From assembly GCA_964406405.1 (NCBI GenBank), contig CAYORN010000002.1, positions 64,161-128,160 of the forward strand: a DNA stretch of 64,000 nt, written 5' to 3'. The notes under the pieces were generated by a model. The model did not search any database and was not told the DNA's origin. It saw only the letters and a program-made list of their open reading frames with translations. Both the position numbers and the translations under genes were made by a program. Source of the stretch: an uncultured Alphaproteobacteria bacterium. GTDB lineage: Bacteria; Electryoneota; RPQS01. Shown here one piece after another: positions 9,095 to 18,005 of this stretch. Position 1 is the stretch's first letter. Each line of letters opens with the position of its first letter.

Positions 9095-10246
9095 ATGCCA
9101 TTTCATTTGTATATGCATATGCCATATTGCCGACGAAAATGTCCCTATTGCGACTTTTTCAAAAAAGTCCCGCGAGCGGGCGAGCGTCAGCGCTTTGTCG
9201 CAGCCCTTGCAAAAGAAATGAAATTAGCGGCTCAGAATTATCTTTGGGCGTCCGGCTCCCCGGCCACGATCTATTTCGGCGGCGGCACTCCGTCGCTCCA
9301 TCCAACCGAAGAAATCGCGAATCTGCTTTCGTGCGTATGCGACACGTGGGGAAATGTCAACACGATGGAAATCACGCTGGAAACGAATCCCGGCACCGTG
9401 GATCTGAACACGCTGCAGGGTTATCGCGCCGCGGGGATCAATCGTTTGTCCATTGGCGCGCAGTCATTTCACTCACGCAAGCTCGCGATGTTGTATCGTG
9501 ACCACACGGTGGAAGAGACACGCGAGTGTGTGCAAATCGCCTGCGCCGCGGGCCTGCGCAACCTCTCCCTTGATCTTATTTTCGGCTTGCCGGGCGAAAC
9601 ACTTGAGGAATGGACGCAAGATATTTACCATGCTCTCGCGCTTAACCCTGAGCACGTCTCGCTGTATAATCTGGAGTTCCACGAAGCCACGCCGTTTGGA
9701 CGCTGGAAACGCACCGGACGCCTCTCGCCGCTCGATCCAGATCTCGAGGCGGAGATGTATTTGATGACGCACGAAATTCTTACGGAAAATGGGTTCGAGC
9801 ACTATGAAGTCTCCAATTTTGCCAAGCCGGGATTTCAGAGCGTACACAACTCCGCCTATTGGAAGGGCTGTCCGTATTTGGGGCTTGGTCCATCTGCCCA
9901 CTCGTTTGACGGCCACACGTTGCGAATCGCCAACGTCGCCGACATACCCGAGTATTTCCGCGCACTCGACGAAGACCGTCTCCCGGTTCATAAGACCACG
10001 AGCCTTGACGAGCCCACGCGGCGCGAAGACTGGATCAGCTTACAACTGAGAAGGAGCGAAGGGATCAGTTATCACGATGCCGTGAACGTCTTAGGTGTGA
10101 AAGAAACAGCGCAATTGTGGCTACGTGCTGAATCCTTGCCCGAATCCACGCGCGTGTTGACGACCGATCGGTTCCATCTGACGGCGGCAGGCTGGTTTCG
10201 CGAAAACACCATCCTTCTCCATCTCGCCGATGCTGTTCATTCCTGA
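9095..10246 (+). CDS. hemW: radical SAM protein, HemW-like (coproporphyrinogen III oxidase-like / heme chaperone)
   Basis: N-terminal YMHMPYCRRKCPYCDF (CxxxCxxC radical SAM cluster motif); 383 aa; HemN/HemW-like C-terminal domain. Confidence 0.8.
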   Translation: MPFHLYMHMPYCRRKCPYCDFFKKVPRAGERQRFVAALAKEMKLAAQNYLWASGSPATIYFGGGTPSLHPTEEIANLLSCVCDTWGNVNTMEITLETNPGTVDLNTLQGYRAAGINRLSIGAQSFHSRKLAMLYRDHTVEETRECVQIACAAGLRNLSLDLIFGLPGETLEEWTQDIYHALALNPEHVSLYNLEFHEATPFGRWKRTGRLSPLDPDLEAEMYLMTHEILTENGFEHYEVSNFAKPGFQSVHNSAYWKGCPYLGLGPSAHSFDGHTLRIANVADIPEYFRALDEDRLPVHKTTSLDEPTRREDWISLQLRRSEGISYHDAVNVLGVKETAQLWLRAESLPESTRVLTTDRFHLTAAGWFRENTILLHLADAVHS

Positions 10247-10485
10247 ATATCCCCTGCTTTCAATCGCATGGGTATTCTCGTGATAACAAAGCCCCCCATG
10301 GGGTTAGCTTTTTGTCGGACATTACGAAGAGGCGTCAAATTGGATAACGGTGCTTAAACCAGCCATGACTTTCATGACTCTAAGTGGCAAGGCGGTTGCG
10401 GATTTTGTTTATTTCCCGTATCTTACCGCCGATCCTCTTGATCGCCAACCCTCTTTCGATCCCAATGTTAATAAGGAGTTTGAAA

Positions 10486-11094
10486 ATGCCTCGCCCGTAC
10501 CTATGGGTTGTGTTGCTGTTGTGCGCCATGCTGGCCGTCTCCGGCTGCTCGAGCAAAAAGAAAGTCTCCCGCATTGATGCCGCAGAAACCGTGGACCTGT
10601 CCGGCAACTGGAACGATACCGATAGCCGCCTGGTCGCCGAAGAGATGATCAGCGACGCCTTGTCGCGGCCGTGGCTCGCGAATCACTTGCGCGATGCCGG
10701 ACAGAACCCGGCGGTGATTGTCGGCGCGATTCGCAATTTCTCCGATGAACACATCGCGACCGGCACCTTCGTCGGTGATATCGAGCGCGCGTTTGTCAAT
10801 TCCGGCAATGTGCGCGTCGTCGCCAAGAAGGAGGAGCGCGAAGGCGTGCGCGATGAGCGCCAGGATCAGCAAGCTAACGCTTCAATCGAAACCGTGAAGG
10901 AGTTCGGTCAGGAACTCGGTGCGGATTACATGCTGATCGGCGAAATCAACAAGATCACGGATCAGGAAGGCCGCGAGAAGATCGCCTTCTATCAGGTGGA
11001 TCTCACGCTGACTCACATGCAATCGAACGAGAAGGTGTGGATCGGACAGAAAAAGCTCAAGAAGTACATCGCGCGCAAAGCCTATAAGCCGTAA
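10486..11094 (+). CDS. lpoB: lipoprotein, penicillin-binding-protein activator LpoB-like
   Basis: start at MPRPYLWVV with AAGGAG RBS; lipobox LAVSGC; from memory aligns with E. coli LpoB C-domain (VIVGAIRNFSDEHIATGTF / FVNSGNVRVVA / LGADYMLIGEI / YQVDLTLTHMQSNEKVWIG). Confidence 0.6.
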   Translation: MPRPYLWVVLLLCAMLAVSGCSSKKKVSRIDAAETVDLSGNWNDTDSRLVAEEMISDALSRPWLANHLRDAGQNPAVIVGAIRNFSDEHIATGTFVGDIERAFVNSGNVRVVAKKEEREGVRDERQDQQANASIETVKEFGQELGADYMLIGEINKITDQEGREKIAFYQVDLTLTHMQSNEKVWIGQKKLKKYIARKAYKP

Positions 11095-11100
11095 CGGAAA

Positions 11101-11230
11101 GGATGAAGGCGGAAGGATGAAGGATGAACCGGAAACATTAGAGTCACCTTCGTCATTCATTTCAATTACCCTGTCATCGAGCACCTTTATGCTGAAGAAA
11201 TTCATCCTTCATCCCTCATCCTTCATCCTT
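11101..11230. repeat. inverted pair of GGATGAA heptad arrays (MITE-like, about 130 nt)
   Basis: left arm ggatgaaggcggaaggatgaaggatgaa (11101-11128); right arm ttcatccttcatccctcatccttcatcc (11201-11230) is its reverse complement; about 70-nt spacer contains the start codon of the next gene. Confidence 0.7.
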
Positions 11231-12604
11231 CTCTTCCTCCTGCTGGGCTGCGCGGGGCCGCGAACTACGCTCATGCAGAAGGTGCGGAACGAGCTGTTCG
11301 CCAATCGCACGCAGGCGGCGTACGAGACTTACAAGAAGAAGGTCGGCGAGACCGAGCGCGTAGATGAACTTTTGAATCTCGGCCTGCTCGCCTATGAAGC
11401 CGGGGATTATGCCGCCTGCCAAACGGCGCTCGCGCGAGCAGATGAACTCGCGGAAGAGCGGCAGACAAAATCGCTTTCCCGCGAAGCGGCGGGCGTGGCC
11501 GTGTCGGATCGCGTGCGCGCGTATCAGGGAACGGTGTTCGACAAGGCCATGATCCACTACTACCGCGCGTTGGCGTTTCTCGCTCAGGATCAATTGAATG
11601 AAGCGGCCATAGAAGGCCGCCGTGTGGCGAGTTACTTTGAAGTGAACTCCCGCGAAAGCAAGCACACGTACAAGGACGACGCCTTTCTCCAATGGTTCAA
11701 CGGCGCGTGCTATGAACACGCAGGACAAACCAATGATGCGTGGATCTCGTATAGGCGTGCGCGAGATCTCTACGGGGATTATTATGGATTGCAAGAGCCG
11801 CAATTTCTCTGCGGAGTGACGCACGCCGCGGCGCGAGCGGTGGGAGAAACGGGTGACACGCTCGATTGTCCCGATGCAGCTTTGAATCCGAACTACGGGC
11901 GTGTCGTGGTGATTTGCGAAGCGGGGCTGGCGCCCCCGATCCGCGAGGAGAATATCGTCTTGCCGATCCTGGAGACGGTGCCTTCAAACTTCGAGAACGA
12001 CGACGAGCGCGATCATTACTACTACGATCTCTACGAGCACAATCACTATGACGCCGGCTATCAGGGCTACGACGAGACGCGGCTGAAGTATCTCTTGCGG
12101 CTCGCGCTGCCGATCTATTCCTCGACGGACAACGGATCTCGCGTTGGGTATGTGAGCGTGCGCGGCGGCGATTCGCTTTGTCAGGAAGCCGAGTTGAGTG
12201 AGGATGTCGGCGCGATTTTGCGGCAGGATTTGAAAGACCGCTATCCGGCCATCGTGGCGCGGGCGATTACACGGGCGATTATCAAGTACAGCGCGACGGA
12301 AGTTGCGCGCGAACTCGGCAAAGAGAAAGACAAAGACGGTAAGCGCAAGGCCGGGCTGCTGAGTGACGTGTTGGGCACAATCGTCAACGCCGCCGGTGCG
12401 GCATCGGAAGCGGCGGACACGCGCTCGTGGGAGACGCTGCCCGACAAAATTTTCGTCGCCGACTTTCCATTACCGCCGGGCAATCACACGCTGCGTGCCG
12501 TGTATGAAGACGATGGCGGGCAGCTCATCTACCGCCATGACTTCGGCGCGGTGGATGTGAAGCCGGGGGAGATTGTGTTCCTCCGGGCGAGATGCATGGA
12601 GTGA
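11189..12604 (+). CDS. lipoprotein with TPR-like region, unknown function
   Basis: start MLKKFILHPSSFILLFLLLGCAG (lipobox LLGC); part of the signal peptide is encoded by the right heptad arm; co-directional and 95 nt downstream of the lpoB-like gene. Confidence 0.55.
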   Translation: MLKKFILHPSSFILLFLLLGCAGPRTTLMQKVRNELFANRTQAAYETYKKKVGETERVDELLNLGLLAYEAGDYAACQTALARADELAEERQTKSLSREAAGVAVSDRVRAYQGTVFDKAMIHYYRALAFLAQDQLNEAAIEGRRVASYFEVNSRESKHTYKDDAFLQWFNGACYEHAGQTNDAWISYRRARDLYGDYYGLQEPQFLCGVTHAAARAVGETGDTLDCPDAALNPNYGRVVVICEAGLAPPIREENIVLPILETVPSNFENDDERDHYYYDLYEHNHYDAGYQGYDETRLKYLLRLALPIYSSTDNGSRVGYVSVRGGDSLCQEAELSEDVGAILRQDLKDRYPAIVARAITRAIIKYSATEVARELGKEKDKDGKRKAGLLSDVLGTIVNAAGAASEAADTRSWETLPDKIFVADFPLPPGNHTLRAVYEDDGGQLIYRHDFGAVDVKPGEIVFLRARCME

Positions 12605-12613
12605 GCAAAGAAA

Positions 12614-12694
12614 GGATGAAGGATGAAGCAGAAGAGGGTCGGCTGCTTGATAACTGTGCTCGATACGCTTGAGATTCGCAGCCGACACCGCAAT
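12614..12694. repeat. heptad repeat fused to palindromic element G (GGTCGGCTGC...GCAGCCGACACCGCAA)
   Basis: aaaggatgaaggatgaagcaga then gggtcggctgcttga...gcagccgacaccgcaa; second copy of element G at 20781..20840. Confidence 0.6.
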
Positions 12695-13028
12695 TGTTGA
12701 ATGGACAAATTTCGGGCAGGTTCTCGGCGATGATCTCTAGTCACATTCGATCTCGTGGAACCTGCCTCGGCGATGCTAATGATTGTGCTTCTTCCGGCGG
12801 GGCTGCGGGGATCTCGCGATTGCTTTGATGAAGGCGATGCGCGGGATCAGGGCGGGAGAGACGATTGAAATTATCGCCCGCGACGCGGGCGCGGCGGATA
12901 GCTTGCGCAGCGAACAAAGTACCCTGCAATAAACAGGTATTAGCAAACCTCATTGTGTGTTCCGCGCAGCGTGACGCTCTTATTCATGAAACTAACGGTT
13001 CCTTTTCAGACAGAAAGGAATAGCGAAC

Positions 13029-13526
13029 ATGGCCGACGATCTTCAAGCTCAATTCCGAAAGTCCGGCTACTGGCTCATTCTTGTGGTGCCGGTGGTCGTG
13101 GCGGCGTTCATCGCGCTCAAGGGAATTACGTGGCCGTGGCAGGTGCCGCCTTCAGCCGATCAGGTGTACGAGCAGCAGTGCGCGGAATACGGCCAGCGGC
13201 TGCGCAACGCATCTCCGGCCAAGCAGACCATGCTGCATCTGCGCGGCGCCGCACAGAAGTTTCATGAGCGCTACGGACATTGGCCAAGTCCGCTTAACGA
13301 AATGCCGCGCTCGCCCTGGTCGGTGATTCCGGCCGAGGTCAAGGCGATGTGGACATTCGAACTCCTTGACGGCGAGGAGCTTTTGCGCGCGACATCCACC
13401 AGCGAAATGCCGGACGGGCCGGGCAAGGTGCTTACTTTGACTCTGCGCGAAACGGTGTGGGATGGCTACGGCATTGAAGAACTGCCGGTCAAACAGCCGC
13501 TGGCGCAAAAAGAGGAAGAGGAATAG
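13029..13526 (+). CDS. hypothetical membrane-anchored protein
   Basis: 165-aa ORF with one N-terminal TM (YWLILVVPVVVAAFIAL); no recognisable domain. Confidence 0.4.
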   Translation: MADDLQAQFRKSGYWLILVVPVVVAAFIALKGITWPWQVPPSADQVYEQQCAEYGQRLRNASPAKQTMLHLRGAAQKFHERYGHWPSPLNEMPRSPWSVIPAEVKAMWTFELLDGEELLRATSTSEMPDGPGKVLTLTLRETVWDGYGIEELPVKQPLAQKEEEE

Positions 13527-13529
13527 GGG

Positions 13530-13613
13530 ATGTATCTGAGTGCGGGGGGGCTGGCGAGCGGGGTGTACATGCTCCGAGCGGATGCAGGCGCGCGGAAAGT
13601 GGTGGTGAAGTGA
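13530..13613 (+). pseudogene. relic of a T9SS C-terminal sorting-domain tail (27 codons)
   Basis: MYLSAGGLASGVYMLRADAGARKVVVK* resembles CTD ends ...LASGIYFVRV...KLVLLK / GSGIYFVTLRTGETTKTQKVLLAR; in-frame TAG immediately upstream. Confidence 0.4.
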
Positions 13614-13638
13614 ACATGCTCATACTCTTGAAAGCCTC

Positions 13639-14316
13639 ATGCTCGATAAACTAATACGATATAGCGAAGTCGCGGATCTGTTAGGCGATACCCCCGACGG
13701 AACAATACTGGAAGTTGGAGCCGGTCCTCTTGGGCTGGGAAGTTGTCTTCCCTATCGCTTCGTGGGAGTTGATCCTTGGTACCCCGAACCGCCGATTTCG
13801 ACCCAGACAGCAGTGAAGGCCAGTGCCGAGGATTTGCCATTTCGCGATCGCAGCTTTGATTACGTGTTATGCATTGAAGTTCTCGAACATATTCCGACCG
13901 AAATACGAGGGCGAATTGTGTCGGAGATGTGCAGAGTCGCCCGCAAGAAAGTCGTGATCACTCATCCCTGGGGTAAGTCGGCACGGTGGGGTGATCAATT
14001 TCTTGGCGTCATCTACGACACCTTGAAAATATTTGGCAAGGGTCGGCCGTGGTGGTTGATTGAACACCTGAAGGCGGACTACCCGGATCCAAGCCAATAT
14101 CTGATGTCAATGCCTGTGGGATTTCGGAGTCGCGTTCGCGGCAGAGAAAATACTTTTGTGCACGTCGCTTTGGTTTTCTTCACTCACTTGAAGTTCGTGC
14201 ATCGGCGCCTGGATCGGGTTCACCATCGCTGGCCGGGCTTGCTTAGGCGGGTCACGCGATGGGTTCACTTTCCTCCTTACAGTCGAGCAGAAGTCATCCT
14301 TGAAAGGCAAACCTAA
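13639..14316 (+). CDS. class I SAM-dependent methyltransferase
   Basis: motif I ILEVGAGPLGLG; post-I acidic residue; YVLCIEVLEHIP (Methyltransf_11-like). Confidence 0.75.
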   Translation: MLDKLIRYSEVADLLGDTPDGTILEVGAGPLGLGSCLPYRFVGVDPWYPEPPISTQTAVKASAEDLPFRDRSFDYVLCIEVLEHIPTEIRGRIVSEMCRVARKKVVITHPWGKSARWGDQFLGVIYDTLKIFGKGRPWWLIEHLKADYPDPSQYLMSMPVGFRSRVRGRENTFVHVALVFFTHLKFVHRRLDRVHHRWPGLLRRVTRWVHFPPYSRAEVILERQT

Positions 14317-14373
14317 AAGAATGAGCGGCTATCAAGGCCGCTCATTCGCTAATATATCTAATGAGGAAGCCAA

Positions 14374-16152
14374 TCACTCCGCGCCTGCGAGCCTTCTTAT
14401 GACATCTTCCATTTTCATTCCTGTTTCCAGGTTGTCAACCCTGGCACCTTCGGCCAGCGCAATCATCTGATAGAACATGCCGCTTGCGTAACTTACAACA
14501 CCTTGATGGACATAATTTGTGCCCGCCGTCCAACCGTGGTAATAAAACGGTCCATTGCCGGACGGAGCATAGAAGACCAAGTACCGTGCCACGGTCACCG
14601 GGCATGCACCTACAGATTGTGTGATTGGATCCCAGTGTAGAACCGCATCCTCACCGGAGATCATAATCACTGACTGAGGAGCTTCCGGCGTGGAGACGCG
14701 TGAGCCTGCCAGCGGAATTCGTACAAATCCATCCGTCTGGTTCGAGGCATCGGACTGAATCAGCAAGGTGTCGTTGTAGCTTCCGTCAATCGCCGGATCA
14801 AAAACGAGAGTCAGGCTGCACGCGCTCATCTGTCCCGGTGCCAGCGCGAACATGCTCGCACATGTGGTCGACAGGGAAAATTCTTCGCTCCCGGGCTCTA
14901 ACGGTTGGAACACTACTATCGCTTGGCTGCCGAAGTTCTTGAGGCGCAAGATTTCAGTATTCGAGGAGGGGCATTCGATCGTTCCTGCGCTCCAGCTGAG
15001 CAGGGCCGTGCCGGGCGCGCTCGGACGGACTAGTGCAAGGTAACCTTGGGAGGGGCCGGAATAGGCGCCAATATCGGCGATTGATCCGTCGATATCGTGA
15101 GCCGATTGCGGATCGCCAGCGTCAATGCAGGGAGAATTCGGGAGAAGACGGAAATCGCCATAGGCCGGATCCACAAGGTTCGGATCGAGAAAGATATTGC
15201 TGTAACCATCGCAAGAGTCACCATTGGCGTTAACGCTATCGATTTGGCCAACGCCGGGGGGGCCTTGCGCCAGATTCGCGATGTTGCCAGCCGAATTGCC
15301 GAAAACGTCGCAGAAGTGGAATGCCGTTTGGGTGGCTGATGCGAAGCGAACTCCTTCTCCAATGGAGTTGGCAACGATGCAGTTGGTCGCCGATCCATAG
15401 CCCCAACTCGAATTTCCACCAATATAGATTCCGCCTCCATTCACCGACGTGTTCCCGTAGACTGTGCAATTCGAAACAACCGGCGAGGATTGGTTCCACC
15501 AGATCCCTCCGCCTCCGTTCGAACTGACGGTGCTATTGTTGACGATAACACAGAAACGTACTGTGGCATTGCTGTGCCAGAAACGCAAACCTCCGCCGTA
15601 GCCGGCAGTGTTGCTCTGGACCAAGCAGTACTCAATTACGGGGTTGCTTAGATCACAACTGATGCCTCCGCCACCTCCAACGCATTGGTTGTTCTGCAAC
15701 AGGCAGTGGGAAATCGTTGGTGAACAAGAGTAACAGAAGACTCCTCCGCCCTCCATGTCATAGCCACTTCCGGTACCATTGCCATACTCGATGCGACAAT
15801 ATTCCAATCGAGAATTGACATTCGCGCTCATGAAGCGTATGCCCCACCACTTCGATGCTTCGGTCGGGTAAGCGCGCGTAAAAATGATTGAATCCGTACC
15901 TGTTCCGATGGCTCGCAACGTTCCATTGACCACGAACTTGTAATGGCCTGTGAATTGTACTTGGACGCCCGGACTAATTTCGAGGGTCTGCCCTGCGGGA
16001 ACGGTGATGTTGCATGTCACCATGTAGGGAGACCCCGCAAGATTCCATATACCGCTCGCGCTGCCACAAACGTCGGTTGCAAGAACTGAGTTTGACCACA
16101 GTAGGCAGAGTAGGATGATTAAGTAGATTTTCTTCAACGCCGTTTCCTTCAC
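14374..16152 (-). CDS. secreted right-handed parallel beta-helix repeat protein (no T9SS CTD)
   Basis: signal peptide KKIYLIILLCLLWSNSVLA; many Gly/Asn-rich beta-helix rungs (CxxxNN, GGGGI, NxxxGGG). Confidence 0.65.
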   Translation of the reverse strand: MKETALKKIYLIILLCLLWSNSVLATDVCGSASGIWNLAGSPYMVTCNITVPAGQTLEISPGVQVQFTGHYKFVVNGTLRAIGTGTDSIIFTRAYPTEASKWWGIRFMSANVNSRLEYCRIEYGNGTGSGYDMEGGGVFCYSCSPTISHCLLQNNQCVGGGGGISCDLSNPVIEYCLVQSNTAGYGGGLRFWHSNATVRFCVIVNNSTVSSNGGGGIWWNQSSPVVSNCTVYGNTSVNGGGIYIGGNSSWGYGSATNCIVANSIGEGVRFASATQTAFHFCDVFGNSAGNIANLAQGPPGVGQIDSVNANGDSCDGYSNIFLDPNLVDPAYGDFRLLPNSPCIDAGDPQSAHDIDGSIADIGAYSGPSQGYLALVRPSAPGTALLSWSAGTIECPSSNTEILRLKNFGSQAIVVFQPLEPGSEEFSLSTTCASMFALAPGQMSACSLTLVFDPAIDGSYNDTLLIQSDASNQTDGFVRIPLAGSRVSTPEAPQSVIMISGEDAVLHWDPITQSVGACPVTVARYLVFYAPSGNGPFYYHGWTAGTNYVHQGVVSYASGMFYQMIALAEGARVDNLETGMKMEDVIRRLAGAE

Positions 16153-16279
16153 GTCTTAAGTTCTTTGTTCGACAATCAGATGTTTGTCACAACCAGCCGC
16201 TCGCTGCGCATTCACTCTGAACCTGCGCCTTTGTGGACGAGGAATCACAGCCTTAAGCGCATGACGGGGTAACGCAATG

Positions 16280-17779
16280 CTACTTCAGATATAGGACCTT
16301 TCGCGTAACTCGTTCGCTGCCATAGCGGAATTCAACGAACTGAACTCCTGTGGTAAGCAGTTCGCCCTTCGCAGCGCCATAGATGAAGCGCTGTGTTCCG
16401 GGAGCCGCTGACTTCTGCGTGTGATATGCAACTTGACCCAAGGCGTTGTGTACCGTGATTTCCACCGCTCCGGCTTCCGGCACTTGATAATCAAAGTTGA
16501 TTTCTGAGTTGAACGGATTGGGATAACCTTCGGTCACACGAAAGTCATTCGGCAGCGGCGAATCCTTCGGAGCGGCAAGCACTTCGTCGTCCATGACATT
16601 GCGATGCTCCGGTGGCACTGCATCCAGCTTCACAATATAGAAATTCGAGTTGCCGTTAGTAATTGTGGAGCCGACCGCGACCAAGCCGCCGTCGTTCGTG
16701 GGCTCGAGACTGTATCCAATCTGCTGCCCCGCACCGCCAATATGCCGACGCCAACGCTGCTGCCCACTCGAATTTGTCACGATGAGGAAGAGATCACCGC
16801 TTTGGCCCCACGAGTACGTGTAACCGACGAGGGCAAAACCTCCCTCGGGGAGCGGTACGAAATCACGCGCATCATCGTTCCCGGTGCCGCCGTAGGTTCG
16901 CGTCCAGAGGACGTTGCCGGCGGGATCGGTCTTGACGAAATACGCATCCTTGCCGCCGTGACCCGATGACGTCGTGAACGAGGCGATGCCGAAACCGCCA
17001 TCGGCGATTTCCCGGATTCTGACATACTCGGCAACTCCTTCCGATCCTGCGCCGCCATACGTATGCTCCCAGACGATTTCACCGTCCTCGTCCAGGCGCA
17101 CGACGTAGATATCCGCCGGACCTGAGCCGAATGACGTGGTGTAGCCGGCCACGACATAGCCGCCGTCTTTGAGCACGTCTACGCTGTGGGCGTCGTCGAT
17201 TGCGTATCCGCCATACGACCCATCCCAAGCCACATTGCCGTTCGGGTCCGTCTTCACCACATAATAGGATGCGGGTCCTTGACCGTAAGACCGCGTGAAT
17301 CCCACGATGATGAAACCGCCGTCACGCGTTTGGCGGAGATCTCGCGGTCGCTCTTCATCCGCGCCGCCGTAATCCCTCTGCCAGAGAACATTGCCGTCAC
17401 CGTCGGTCCTTACCACATAGAAATCCCGCGAAAGCGCGGGACTTGAGTTAGATTCTCCACATAAAACAGAACCGCCGTCGCTAGTGACTTGCAGACCTAC
17501 CCATTCGTATCCATCTTGGCCGGTGCCGCCGTATGTCTGAGTCCAAAGCAGATCCCCGCCTGACGACCACTTGGTAAGATACAAGTCATTGCTGCCATGG
17601 CCAAACGATGTTGTCCATCCAGCCACCAGCAGATCACCGTTCGGCAGTTCATCTACGTCTCGCGCTTCTTCATTGCCGGCGCCACCGTGATTGCGAACAA
17701 AGCCGATCCGGTATTGCGCGAGCGCCTGCGCTGTCAAAACCGTCCACCCAACGATGAGAATAACAAGAGAGCGGCCCAT
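16280..17779 (-). CDS. T9SS-sorted beta-propeller-like repeat protein (paralogous repeat family to 1232..2647)
   Basis: start at MGRSLVILIVGWTVLTAQALA (ORF arithmetic; GGAGG RBS); repeats LLWTQTYGG...DGG..L.G.T.S; C-terminal YPNPFNSEINFDY...VEITVHNALGQ...RKVLYLK. Confidence 0.75.
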   Translation of the reverse strand: MGRSLVILIVGWTVLTAQALAQYRIGFVRNHGGAGNEEARDVDELPNGDLLVAGWTTSFGHGSNDLYLTKWSSGGDLLWTQTYGGTGQDGYEWVGLQVTSDGGSVLCGESNSSPALSRDFYVVRTDGDGNVLWQRDYGGADEERPRDLRQTRDGGFIIVGFTRSYGQGPASYYVVKTDPNGNVAWDGSYGGYAIDDAHSVDVLKDGGYVVAGYTTSFGSGPADIYVVRLDEDGEIVWEHTYGGAGSEGVAEYVRIREIADGGFGIASFTTSSGHGGKDAYFVKTDPAGNVLWTRTYGGTGNDDARDFVPLPEGGFALVGYTYSWGQSGDLFLIVTNSSGQQRWRRHIGGAGQQIGYSLEPTNDGGLVAVGSTITNGNSNFYIVKLDAVPPEHRNVMDDEVLAAPKDSPLPNDFRVTEGYPNPFNSEINFDYQVPEAGAVEITVHNALGQVAYHTQKSAAPGTQRFIYGAAKGELLTTGVQFVEFRYGSERVTRKVLYLK

Positions 17780-18005
17780 GGGTACCTCCGCAATTTGCTT
17801 TATGGCCAAATTTAACAGTCAGTGATCTTGGGCGCAAGCACTTTTTGTGATTTCTGTGGCAGTTGTTGTTATTTTAAGTAATTATATAATATGCACTTGT
17901 GCTATCACGTGACAGGATTTGGGGCCATAGAGAGGCATCCCCTCGTAAGATGAGCAAGATATGGTCGAAATACTTATATTTTACGGCTCACATCACTAAC
18001 TAATT

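Noticed and set aside
17880-18005. Possible SAM or T-box riboswitch upstream of the Cys/Met PLP-enzyme gene
   Set aside because: AT-rich promoter-like region only. No recognisable SAM-I or T-box conserved cores.
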